From the NCBI RefSeq assembly GCF_008831285.2, contig NC_045138.2, positions 5,766,001-5,830,000 on the forward strand: a stretch of DNA of 64,000 nucleotides. The letters run 5' to 3'. Of the stretch, positions 39,945-51,559 are shown piece after piece. A program made the translations under genes and the position numbers. How positions within the stretch are numbered: the first letter of the stretch is position 1; every line of letters starts with the position of its first letter. Source of the DNA: Nymphaea colorata (taxonomy: Eukaryota). The notes beneath the pieces are model-generated. The model worked only from the letters and a program-made list of their open reading frames with translations. It was not told where the DNA came from and made no database searches.

Positions 39945-40099
39945 TTCAAACAACAGACATAGCTAAAGATCAAATTCATAATCCAAACATTCATCTAAAG
40001 CACATACACAATTTGCCCAATATTGAATCCAAAACCAAATGATTCAATGATATGGGCCCAAAAGAGACCAAAATTTTATAAACCGATACCATAATTGTG

Positions 40100-40600
40100 T
40101 TTAAGTGGGTCAAGAACCACTGAATCGGCCTTAAAGTGGCCCTTATCGTTCTTAAACCGCAACTAGAACACCCACATGCCCCTAAATAGAGCTGAACCGG
40201 TCAAAAATTGGACAAACCGGTCAAAAAATAGACCGTATCGGTTCTAAAACCCACTGAACTGGTTAAAAATGGCTAAAAAACGGTTCCAGAACTCAATGAA
40301 CCGGTCTGAAAATGCCCGAATCGGTTCGAAAATCAACTTAATCAGTTCTGAAATGCTAGAATCGGTTCTAAAACTGAATGAACCGGTTCTGAAAAGCCCT
40401 GAATCTGTCCGAATCGGTTCTCAAATGAATGAACCGGTCCCAAAATGGTTCGAATCGGATCTGAAAGGTCCGAACCGGTCCCTAGAAGGTCCGAACCGGT
40501 CTGAATCAGATTGAATCGGTTTTGAATCGGATTGAACCGGTCTGAAATCGAATGAACCGGTTCGAGTCTTTTCCAAAACCGGTTTAAAAAATGAACCGTT
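40100..40600. repeat. Degenerate GAACCGGT/GAATCGGT minisatellite in the copia 5' leader
   Basis: Many copies of the gaa(c/t)cgg(t) motif at roughly 10-22 bp spacing. Confidence 0.8.
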
Positions 40601-40865
40601 TCTTTAAAATTAAACCGCATGGATACGAGTCGGGTCCGACAGGACCCGACCCGGTCCAAAAACCGAACACAGCACGCAGGCGAGCGGGCGGAAGAAAATG
40701 GACCTGAGTATGAGACATTTTCATATTTGGGATAGGCAAAACGCCTAGTATGAGACATTTTCATATTTGGGGATGTCCAGTTGGAGCAAAGCCATATAGA
40801 CCAAGCAAAAGAAAACTGGACTCTAAGACGGTTAGCTGTTACTTTGTTGGGTATTCTGAAAGGTC

Positions 40866-41461
40866 AAGGGGTTATAAGTTTTATAATCCATCCAGTAAGT
40901 CTTTCTTTGAAACGGGAAATGCCCATTTCTTTGAGGATATTGAGTTTGGGGGAGGTGATCAGGTTAGAAACATTGCCTTTGAAGAGGGACCTGAGTCCAC
41001 TCATACAGTTGTTGTAAGCAACAGGTATTCATTCCTGCAATTGTTTCATCAACATATTCAGAAGAAGGCAATGATGTCGATCTCCATACTGAAGAACAAA
41101 CTCAACAACCTCAAGAAAATCAAGTAGAAGTGCCACTGAGGAGATCCATTAGAGAGAGGGACTCCTCTCTCTAATGGATCTCCTCAGTGGCACTTCTACT
41201 TGATTTTCTTGAGGTTGTTGAGTTTGTTCTTCAGTATGGAGATCGACATCATTGCCTTCTTCTGAATATGTTGATGAAACAATTGCAAGAATGAATACCT
41301 GACTGTTGCTTACAACACCTGTATGAGTGGACTCAGGTCCCTCTTCAAAGACAATGTTTCTAACCTGATCACCTCCCCCAAACTCAATATCCTCAAAGAA
41401 ATGGGCATTTCCCGTTTCAAAGAAACACTTATTGGATAAATTATAAAACTTATAACCCCTT
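40866..41461. repeat. ~295-bp-arm inverted repeat (4-nt loop) of integrase sequence inside the copia 5' leader
   Basis: 40866-41159 is the reverse complement of 41164-41461, with loop GACT; 41162-41461 is also a direct copy of 37868-38167. Confidence 0.95.
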
Positions 41462-41957
41462 TTCTTACCGATTTTGTGTGTTGCAGCGGCGACGAAGCCA
41501 CCGGCGGGCCGCCGGAGACCGTGGGTGGGTGCCTGAGGGTCGCACGGCCCTGTCCGGCGACAGGTAAGTCGCCGGCAGGCCTTTGACCGATGTCGCCCTC
41601 CCTGCCGTCGCCCTTTCCCTACCTCTTTTCTTCAATGGCTGCGACGGACGAAAAGGTGTTCACCTGCAGGCCACCCAACAGCGTGGGTGGCCGCTGGTGG
41701 GTCGCGCTAGGACGGCTGGAAGCCGTCCGTCGCCTTCCGGCGACAGTCGCCCGCCTAAAACCTGCCGTCCCTTACGCCATACCCTCTGCATCCTTAGGCG
41801 GCTGCAGCGGAAGCCCGACGACTTCCGTTGCTTCCCACGCCAATTTTGTTTTTTTTTTTTTTGAAAAACTTGCAGCCGAAGAACCAAATGAGGAACATCC
41901 GAACGGGAAACAACGCACAAAATCATCCAAAAATCAATGATTTAACGAAGAACATAG

Positions 41958-41969
41958 GCTCTGATACCA
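41958..41969 (-). promoter_or_regulatory. Primer binding site complementary to initiator tRNA-Met
   Basis: TGGTATCAGAGC on the - strand, 2 nt after the 5' LTR. Confidence 0.93.
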
Positions 41970-41971
41970 AA

Positions 41972-42439
41972 TGTTGGGATTTCTCCCCATAGCGCATATA
42001 CAAAACCAAACGTATATACCCTAAACAGGATCATGCTCATGCTAAATCATTGAAATAAACGAAACCTTAAACTGAAGCAGAAGCGTACCTGAATCCATCT
42101 GATCTGGTGCACAGGAAGATCGCAGCAGGGTCTTCCAGGGTACGTGCGGTACGCGTGAAGTCTCTCTCAGATGGGGAAGAGAAAACCCTAGAAACCAAAA
42201 GCAACTGTTCGCACGACCCCAGGGACCACTACCATTATATAATGAGGACAATTACGGATTCAACCCATCAAAGAGTCCGTAATTGCGTACTGGTATCTAT
42301 ACATTTCAAAATTACCCCATACCATCTAAAATGACGTAATATCCCAAAATGCAATCACTTAAGCGGATATTTACGTTAAGACAGCCATAATGTCTGAAAT
42401 TCCTCATAGACATATGCCGGCCCACCAAATGATCTTACA
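41972..42439 (-). repeat. 5' LTR (468 bp)
   Basis: TGTTGGGAT...GATCTTACA on the + strand; direct repeat of 35382-35821; adjacent to the PBS. Confidence 0.95.
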
Positions 42440-42524
42440 AAAAGATATGGGACACCTGATTTTAAATGGATGGTATAGATTTGATGCCCTTGAATGTATG
42501 CTCAAAGTGACAGTCAGCATTCAG

Positions 42525-42621
<97 letters not shown>

Positions 42622-44566
42622 TTCTCATACACAACCTTGGCTTTCTACAAGGTCTATTCCTGTAGTTTAATTTCAAGGGTGGAGCTAGGATTTTTTTCAT
42701 CGAATCCAATAAGTGGCATGACTCAATAAAATTTGGAACATTTTTTTGCAGAAGCAATTACATTCATCAAAATTTTTATAGGCACCAAATTAGAATTTCG
42801 GCTGAACAATTTTAAGAGTTTTTTTTTTAAAAAGAAAAAAACTTGGGGAGTCTTGGTGGCTGCTAGCACACCCGACTCCTCTCCTAAGAGCCTTTTCTGC
42901 AATAGTAGCACCTTAAAAAATTGGGGCAGATTAATTGAATATTTAACACCGTGTTTTATGAATCAGTCTCAAATTTCTTTGTCCCACCTATAAAATAATA
43001 GCTAATAGCAGCTTGTTACCAGCTTTAAAAGCACATAGTTTGTTTATGAGAACTTTGACGTACTATTACAAATATCTTAGGGCAAATGCTTCAAACAATA
43101 TGTTACTGTTCTCAATACCAAACGACCCCTAAAACTCATTGCGAGTCCAACACCAGCTTTTGGTTCATCGAATGCATGCGGCATGCGCTTCATACATTTT
43201 ATCAAGATTATCCTAAAAAATGAGGTATATTCTGTCATCTAAATCTTGGGATTTCACCGCAAGAATGTGTTCGTTTTCAGTGGATATAAAACCTCAGAGA
43301 CGCATCTGTAGTATCGAATTCTGGTCGTCGACTTGAAGTCCGAAACCGTAGCCATGTATTTGAGAACATTTCCAACAGCTACGAGTAGGTCTACACATCA
43401 ATATCATCGCGAATTTCATCTCATAAAAGAGAAAATAGAAAGGACAGCCAGATACCAAGATAGCCCTACTATGCATCGGTCAGACATGATTTCTTGAACC
43501 ACATATTATGGCTTTATGCAGTCAATATCGTACCATAAAGATATGATACAAAAAGTGTATATTGAAATATGCCAAAGATCATAATTCATTTAAACATAAA
43601 AAAGGATCTTACAGGAATTTGAAAAATACAAAGTTCCCTTTATTCAGACCACAGCACATGGATGCCACTGAATTGTCTATCATAAAGGTGGTGAATATTA
43701 TTATTGTCATGACAATCAAAGGCTGCAGCAGTTCCTTGATCTTGTTTCTTTTTTGTTTGTGCTTAGAATTCTTTCACTTTGAGCCGCAGATGCTTAGCAA
43801 TTGGACTTGAGAACCAATGGCAGTATCTTTTTTTATTTAAAGCACAGTTTTTGAATAAAAGGGATTTTGATCTTCTGAAAAGACACGAATCTTTGGAATA
43901 GGTTGGAGAGATATTGTCAAAAAGGATATATATGTATGACCAATTTCGCAACTAGCGGATGGCAAAGGGCCTTGGCGAAGCCTGATTTTAATTAATGGCT
44001 GATTTCTTAATAAATTGAAGGAAAAAAAAAGAAAAAAAGAGTCAGAAAAAAATAAAATTGTTATATCAGAAGAAGGTTTATTTGTTGAGTATCCTATAAT
44101 ACAGTGACTTAACATGTATGGGAGAATTTGAATTTATGTTTATGATGTTTATCATTTTCAAATATAAAATAAAATAGCTTTCTTAATATTAAAATATCAA
44201 TTAATTTTTTCGAAAACACTGTAAAAAAACTTCTGTCCTTACAACTTTTGTCTTCAAAACAAACATTCAAACTCGTGCCTTGTCCTTGCAACACACATGC
44301 AATAGATTGGAGTTTAGAAATTCAGTAATTAATTGATGAAAAAAAGGTGCTGCGGTTCAACAACTTTGAAGTTATCATGTGAACATATATATCATCCTAA
44401 AATTTTCAAAATGGAATATTAAAAAAGAAAAAAGAATTTTCAAGAAAGATGGACCTATTGTGCTTGTGATTTGAGTCAAAATTGAAACTCAATAGCATCA
44501 AACTCAAGATCTATAAGATTTGGTCAATTAGTACTTTAACAAGGTATATATATATATATATATATA

Positions 44567-44755
44567 ATGATGACTCTGACTATCCGGAGTTCGTCCATCT
44601 GAAACAAATGGATGGTTAAGAGAAAAAAAAAGAAAAAAAAGTGTGAACTACACTAGATGATGAAAATGCTAGACACCTATCTATCATGTTTGATTGGGCT
44701 GCCCTGTTTAGATGGCCAAGTCACTCTGAAAAGCCAAAGTCACCATTTAATTTTC

Positions 44756-44756
<1 letters not shown>
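44567..44756. mobile_element. Small MITE in a (TA)n tract, TIR related to the 34992 element
   Basis: ATGATGACTCTGACT / AGCCAAAGTCACCAT ends with (TA)n on both sides. Confidence 0.55.
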
Positions 44757-44795
<39 letters not shown>

Positions 44796-45359
44796 TAAAA
44801 TTAGGCTCTACGTTAAACATATTATTAGCAAAACAGCTTAAGCTGAAAACTGGAGAACAATTTCCTACTCTTCAGAGCTATAAATTTCAAAGAAAATTAT
44901 TACTTGAAAAAGAGCTAGAAATTGTAGACTTTATATAAAGTTTGTAGAGGAGAATTTGAACCATGAGAAACCTTTTATTGGAAAGGACATGATGCTTTTC
45001 AAATTTTCTCCTACAACACTCCCAAAAACCACAACTTTTGCACCTTATAGAGGTCAAAAATTGCTACAAAATAGTGGTGCCACGTTGAAGTATTATTTTC
45101 ACACTTAAAAAGTCAGATTGCAAGAGGACTTCAAAGGGCATCACCTTGCATGCCATGAACAGTAAAAGTACAACACTTGATGACCCATTTTGCAAATGCA
45201 TCCACAAAAAGATTCCCCTTCTAGGGTTTTGAGGTCGCTGTCAAGAGAGTTCAAACACGTTAAAATACATTTGATGCTGAACCCAAAGAAGTTGTCGTAG
45301 AGACAAGTGTCGGCTGTCAGGCAAGTAGTCGTGGTTCGATATGGCGGGATGGACATTGG

Positions 45360-45554
45360 CAGGGGCATAGATAGGTGGGGACTCTGCACGGAGCTCATTC
45401 TCTAAAAGTTTAAATTAGTGGTTGAACTTGGGTGGACGTGGGTTCAGTTATGTACGAGAGCCCCACCAAACCTAGGTGCCTCGTGGCCAATTGGAAATTT
45501 GTTAACCATATACTTAGTGCCCCATAGAAAAAAAAAATTCTGGCTCCAGCCCTG
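45360..45554. mobile_element. hAT-like MITE (CAGGGGC..GCCCTG family; related pieces near 11684-11828, 42674-42890, 53116-53555)
   Basis: CAGGGGC / CAGCCCTG ends, shared AAAATTCTGGCTCC subterminal motif, possible TSD GACATTGG/GATCTTGG (6/8). Confidence 0.45.
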
Positions 45555-48500
45555 GATCTTGGTTACTTTTTAGTAAGTTGTTATGGTTTGAATTCAGTAG
45601 GAACCTCTCCTTGCTTGGGATCTATGATGAGAGAAAAATTGTAAAGGGCATTTAAAACATATAATCTGTTAGAAATGTGGCTCTTTTTGAGTGAGCAAGA
45701 GGCTAACAACCCACTGCCCATGAAAGAGAACGGAGGCTCCCCACAATTCCCACTTGCCCCTAGGGTCCTAGACTACTTTGATGTTTTGTATAGGTCCAAT
45801 ATATGTCAACTAGCATAACACTTTCACATATAAATCATGAGCATAAGGAGTAGAACTACTGTTGAACTCACAAAAATCAAACTGAGGACGTGCTGCTTAA
45901 TGTTAGAAATGTGTTGCTTAAAGTTATGCTGGCTGGTATGGGGTTTGAAATTAAATTTAAGAAAAATTTATTGTTTTATTAAATATTTAAAAAATAGAAA
46001 AAGTGGAAAATAGATCAGCATGGGCCGATGCATATCTGCTAGCCAGCGAACTGATACTGCACCAATACCGATATTCATGTTCAACACTGGTTCTTAGTGC
46101 AAGATTTATCTGAGTTTTTTCCCCAATATATTAACAGTCAAGCAATTACTTTTGTAGATCATCTTTGTTTACTTAGTTCTTTAGGTACCAAGTGGCTGCA
46201 TTATAGAGTTATATTGGTTTTTAAACAGCCACAGAACGTTATAGCGTTGGCTTAACCAGTCAAAAGTTGCTGGGAGATAGGCTCGGACCTTTGTTGCTAA
46301 AAAAACATCTATCCATAATAAAAAAAATATTTATATATTAGAATTAGCGACAGTTTATAGTGCAGCAACAGTTTAAATTTTTTCCGGTCCGGCAACTATC
46401 GAGCATCTACAACAATGAATTATACTCTTTTGCAGAAGGTTCTATCATTTCCCACTTGACTGATAGAGTATCATAAAGATCATGCTAATATTGTATGCCA
46501 AAACTTTTTATTTAGTAAAAAGAAAAGGTCTTGGGAGAAGCACAAGCCAAATTTTTTGCACTGTGCCTAGGCTTTTAGTAGGTCAACTTATTCCAGGGCC
46601 TCCCATTCAGGCCTCTTGTCAAGGCACCCATCAGAAGAGAACAATCAGAAGACTATATATAAAAAGAGCAAGTATTAGGTCAGTTCTCTTCTCAACCTTG
46701 ATTCACAAAGACTTCTAGAGCATCCCATCTCTAGAATCCACCAAAGAACCTTTTGAAGCTGAACTCATGGATACCAAGAGCCATTAGAAAGGCAATTGCC
46801 AACTCTCTCTCCCTCTCTCCCTTGCTCACACACACACACACACACTCTCTCTCTATATAAGAAAGAGGAAAAATGTAACCTTAGTAGTAGGGAGACTTTG
46901 TAGGTATCTTTGTTGCTTTATTGCTCAACAATGAAAAGAATAATGCCTTTAGTGTTATACAACCAAAAGAAGGGCTTCAGGCCAAGGAATCAATGAGTGG
47001 ATCTAGGGATAACTGGCCTTCAGAATAGAAAGGAAAGATTCTCCACAGGACAAGAAGAAACTAAATGGATGGTAGAGCAACAAAGTTGGCCCTAAGTACA
47101 CCACCTCCTTTGAATGTGGTAGTCCATGAAAAAATAATGGATACAATACTGAGACCAGACATAGATACCATCCACTCAATATGCTAAATTGATATTGTAT
47201 GGTAGCAAATGGGCACCTCAGGATGTGGGAATTTTGATGCCACCTCTTTTGCATGAGGCCAGAATTGCATCTGGAAATATAGATACCACAATGTGCAGTG
47301 TATGAACATATACCAACCAGTGAATATATGCTGATAGTCAAAAAGTAGAAAAATATTAATTGCATTTCTACCAAAGGTGGTTTTTGAAATTGAATTGAAC
47401 AAGCTGTTGGGTTGTGGAATTGGCTGACACAGAGATTCAGCCGAATAGGCTGTGAATCATAAAAGACATTTTACAAGTTTTTACTATTTTGTCAATGATG
47501 CTCAAGGGGGTTGATCGAACGGGATTGAATAGGGGCTGGCAGGCACCTATTCTCTACTTTGATTCCTGAGGGCTAACTGTTTGTGCTAAAAATAAGGGAC
47601 CATCGACATGTAAGTTGAAGTGTGGTAGGGGCAGAATCTCGAGGCACCGATGCAGGCCTTCATTGGGTGAGGGCTTTGACCTTTTTCAGGTGCTGGGTCA
47701 AACCCCCCTCACCCGAAAGTACTATTTTGTCAATGATAACTACGAAGAAAAATTAAACTCAAAAAGCATCTCGAGGGAAGAAATATCCTTGAAATATGAA
47801 AGTGACTACACATAAATAATTCTAAATGAGAAATTAAAGTGTGAATGCCAACAGATGCCAATCTTTGATGATGCTTGCTCATAGATGATAGGGAACTCAA
47901 ATTCATTATATAGACTTCTCTAGGTCAGCCTGCGGAATTTTTTCAAATGGATGCTCAGAAATTTCGTGTGGCTGATGAAAGAAAGAACAGTGATCGGGCT
48001 TTGAAAATCTCATGAAATCGGATTTTGTTTGACAATTATGTCACATGAGGTTCAGTGATCAGGAAACCACTCATGTGACATAATTGCCAAAGCTTTTAAT
48101 TTTATATGGATGTGACAATTATGTCAAACAGGGTAAACTTTTCTACAAACAACTATATGGATGTGATCTCCACATACGTGAGATGATTCAACATAAACTA
48201 AGGGCACCTTATACTGTATTTACTAAGCTAAAAGAGTTTAGATTGTGCATCCAAAATGCTTAAGAAAGCAAAATTATGCATAATTAGAACATATTTCCAT
48301 ATTAATTTTATTTTTCAAAAACCAAGGCTAAGGCATTTAGCTAGTCTTTACTGCACTCAAATGTACATGATAGAATCTACAAACACCGTCACACACAAAC
48401 ACACACAAAAACTTGTGTATGTGTGTGTATCTGTATTTAAAATGGAGAAATGACCCAGAAAATTAAAAACCAGACAACTGATCTTTGTCTTCCTTTTTGC

Positions 48501-48731
48501 TAAATTCTCAACGCTTCATTTAATGATGAGAGACCTGTCTGGATTAGTATCGAGTTATTACAATCTAATTTTCTAGGCAGACCTATGCAGCACATGCAAA
48601 CACAAAAAACCTAGATAATGACTTTATCAAATATGATAATATATATGGCAAATTGGCTTATCTCTTTCTTAATTGAATATTTCATAATGAGCAATCCATT
48701 ATAAGAAGCTTAAATTCAAATGTGAACACTA

Positions 48732-48785
<54 letters not shown>

Positions 48786-48803
48786 GAGAAAACAGGACAG
48801 TTA

Positions 48804-49127
48804 GCTACTAGTTAGAATCTCGTATACCAAACTTGATGGGAATAACCTAAGCCGTTGATTCAAGGAGATCGGATGTTGGATATTCACTTTCAAATATAAA
48901 AGAGCAAACTACTTACTTTAAGAATCAGAAATACCCTCCAAAGGGTGAGAAAGAGAGAAAAAAGAGAGAAACAAATGACTTTCCCTAAACAAAGTTCCTT
49001 TCTTTTATCGAGGGGTATTTTGAACTCTTGAAAAAATATTTGTCATTTAATCTCTACCATATGATTTTATTGGAATTAATGACCTAAATGACTGTCATCA
49101 AAGTTTGGTATACGAAGGTCTAGTAGC
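48804..49127. mobile_element. MITE with ~30-bp TIRs beside a (TA)n(GA)n tract
   Basis: GCTACTAG..TCGTATACCAAACTTGATG / CATCAAAGTTTGGTATACGA..CTAGTAGC. Confidence 0.65.
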
Positions 49128-51051
49128 ATATATCTATATGTGTATAAGATATGATGGTCTTAGTAAAAAAGATGGTGATGGAGAGGGTCTCATAGATCAA
49201 GGAAGCTTTCTTATTCTATCTATTTGACCAGGCGATTGAGAGAAAGTGTATATAAAAAGTTTCAGTCTGCATTGAATGAATCAGCCTCCCTAACTTGGGG
49301 TAGGCATTGTTTGTCCTTCAGGCGATTAAAAATGCCTAAAGCAGCAAAAAGTAACTATAACAAGCTAACTAAGACAGGCCAAACCAAGCCAAATCCAACT
49401 TTAGTTTGAAAAATCAAGCCAAATTCTCCAAAGTCATCTTCCTTAACGTTTTTAATGCGATCACAACTTCCTAAAATAGGAACAATGAATCAAACTAGTC
49501 GGCTCATTAAAAGAAGAACCAAATAGAGCTAAGTTCAAACTAGGGGGAAGTTTTTTATCACAACCAACCTCTGGTTGTGCTTTTTCTAATGTACGCTGCT
49601 TGTACATATATTCATTTCTGACTGTAGACTTTACTCTAAAGTCTTATACGCATGAGCACTATTATGATGATTCAAACATTAATTAGCCGGTGAGAAGGAG
49701 TAAACTCATCGCTCATGTGGGGGGCAGAAGCCCCCTTCATTCCCTTTACTACCCAGGGTCTAGAGCTATGTCGGGACCAGGCGAACTACTGAATAAAATC
49801 TTGAAAGATTTGAAAAAATACTATCTCTTTGAAAGGCTCTATACATCTGCCGTTTCTCAACGCATTTCTTTAGACAAAGGTTCCATTTTTTTGCGAATGG
49901 TAAACCTTTCTCAGAACATAGAGTGTGAATCAATCTAGTAACCATTATTCAATTCGCCGACAAGGCCAATGGGATATATGGTCCCTCCATGAGAACTGAA
50001 CACCGTTCAGCTTTGTTTCGTTGATTGAGATAGAGAAGGTGATAGCTTCCAGATCTTATGGAAATTATGAGTCCCAAGAGCTAATCCAGGTTTGATTTTC
50101 TCTCTATTTATGCATGTAGTTTACCTTAATCTAACTTGTAATCACACTTAAATAAATTAACTGTTTAGACGCGGAGAAAGACTTGTTGATGATCATGAGA
50201 CTCAACAGTCAAGGTCATGAAATTAATGCAGTTTTTTTTCGCGGATGATTACGTCTAGAGATGATCAACAGGAAAGTCATATACCAAAGTCAGATTTAGC
50301 ATATGAAAATGTCAATAGATTAATAGCGTGAAGCATGTTTCACTCGTAGCTTTTTGCTTAGAATATTAGATTTTTTGCGGCTCATTAGTTATAAGGCCAC
50401 CTTTGTGACGGGGAAAAGCGAAAAAGTACAGGATAAGATATGAATGAATGTTTATCTTACTCTCAATCTCCACTAAAAACTTCTTCGTTCAATTAATTTA
50501 TTATCATTATATATTAAAACCATGTGTGGATAAAAGAGATTAGTGGGACACATTGGAGCTTGGATTAATTAATAGTCCTTTGTAAGCAACTATAGTACAT
50601 TTTTAGGTATATCACTAATAACGTACACTTATAATTTGGGGTTAATGAACACATGCTTTTAAAACATGTTATTAAAGCAAAAAAGAGCATGTTAGCTTGC
50701 TTTAAACGAGTCGTGAACATGTTAAACACAGATTAACCTAATCAAGCCTAATCAAACTATAAACAAACAAGTAAGTGCTCTCAAACTTCGATCTAATTTG
50801 TTAGAAACAACTGAAAATGTGGCAAAAGAGATTTACATTACTTTTGTAACAGTTAAAATGTGTTAAATGAGAAACAATTTTCACCCCTAATGAGTCATTA
50901 CTGTTAGGTTTTCACTTTTTGAGACGCATAGACTTGAAGACATTGACCTTACATAATTTTAAGTAGGGACTTGAGCAAGTAAATTGCATTTTATCATAGA
51001 CCACCATACTCAATTACTGATGCTTGTATTCCATAATTCAGAAATTAGAAC

Positions 51052-51498
51052 CAGTGTCACAGATATTGAGATATCTTTAAAAATATCTTGATATTAATTA
51101 GAACAATCAGGAAAATGAAAAAAAGTGAAAAAAATCATGATGTTTTGAAAAAAAAGGAAAATATATTTTTTGAGTTTTTTGCGTTATTTTCATGTTTTTT
51201 CATTTTTCTCCATTTTAATGTCAATATCATGTACTCATATCTGAACTTAAACTAAATTATTTTTCATCATTGTTATCATCATTAAAACTTTCTTTTTATC
51301 ACTTTTAACTAGTTTTATTTATCTTTTTTTTATTTAATTTCTGATTTGTTTTAATTTTTACATAGGTTTTTGAAAAATTTTCATTTTTTAAAGTTGTGCA
51401 AGTTTTTAGTGAATTTTTCCTGAGAAAAACAACTTTATCAGAAAATATCTATGAAAAATCTTGCTGTTAAAAACTCAAAAACAGTATTGGTGATGATG
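51052..51498. mobile_element. MITE of the CAGTGTCACA family (hAT-like)
   Basis: Left CAGTGTCACAGATA; 3' subterminal region resembles 21540-21624; possible TSD ATTAGAAC/ATTAAAGC (6/8). Confidence 0.55.
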
Positions 51499-51559
51499 AT
51501 TAAAGCTAATAAAATCTGCCATTAATCTAAAAAATAAGAAAAAACAATGAAAGATGTCA

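Larger units (their letters stand above)
35382..42439 (-). mobile_element. Ty1/copia LTR retrotransposon with intact ends, internally rearranged and defective
   Basis: Two TG...CA LTRs, 5-bp TSD AAAAG (35377-35381 and 42440-42444), tRNA-Met PBS, PPT, and copia domain order gag-PR-INT-RT-RH on the - strand. Confidence 0.97.
34987..42528. mobile_element. MITE inserted in a (TA)n microsatellite and split by the copia insertion (MITE parts ~34987-35381 and 42440-42528)
   Basis: ~75-bp imperfect TIRs: CTGAATGGTGACTGCC..CATCAAATC..CCATCC at 34992 versus the reverse complement CTGAATGCTGACTGTC..CATCAAATC..CCATCC ending at 42524; (TA)n on both sides. Confidence 0.7.

Noticed and set aside
40750..41127. 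+ strand ORF MRHFHIWGC.. as a second retrotransposon
   Set aside because: It is an inverted copy of the same element's integrase segment (38283-37870) with a 4-nt deletion.
32625..43129. Matching Tourist TIRs with TAA flanks 10.5 kb apart, suggesting one giant element carrying the copia
   Set aside because: The 32625 copy has its own right TIR and TAA at 32778-32781; two independent family members are more parsimonious.
46740..46900. EAEL..AIRKAI-like LINE RNase H remnant
   Set aside because: Too short and frameshifted to support without a search.
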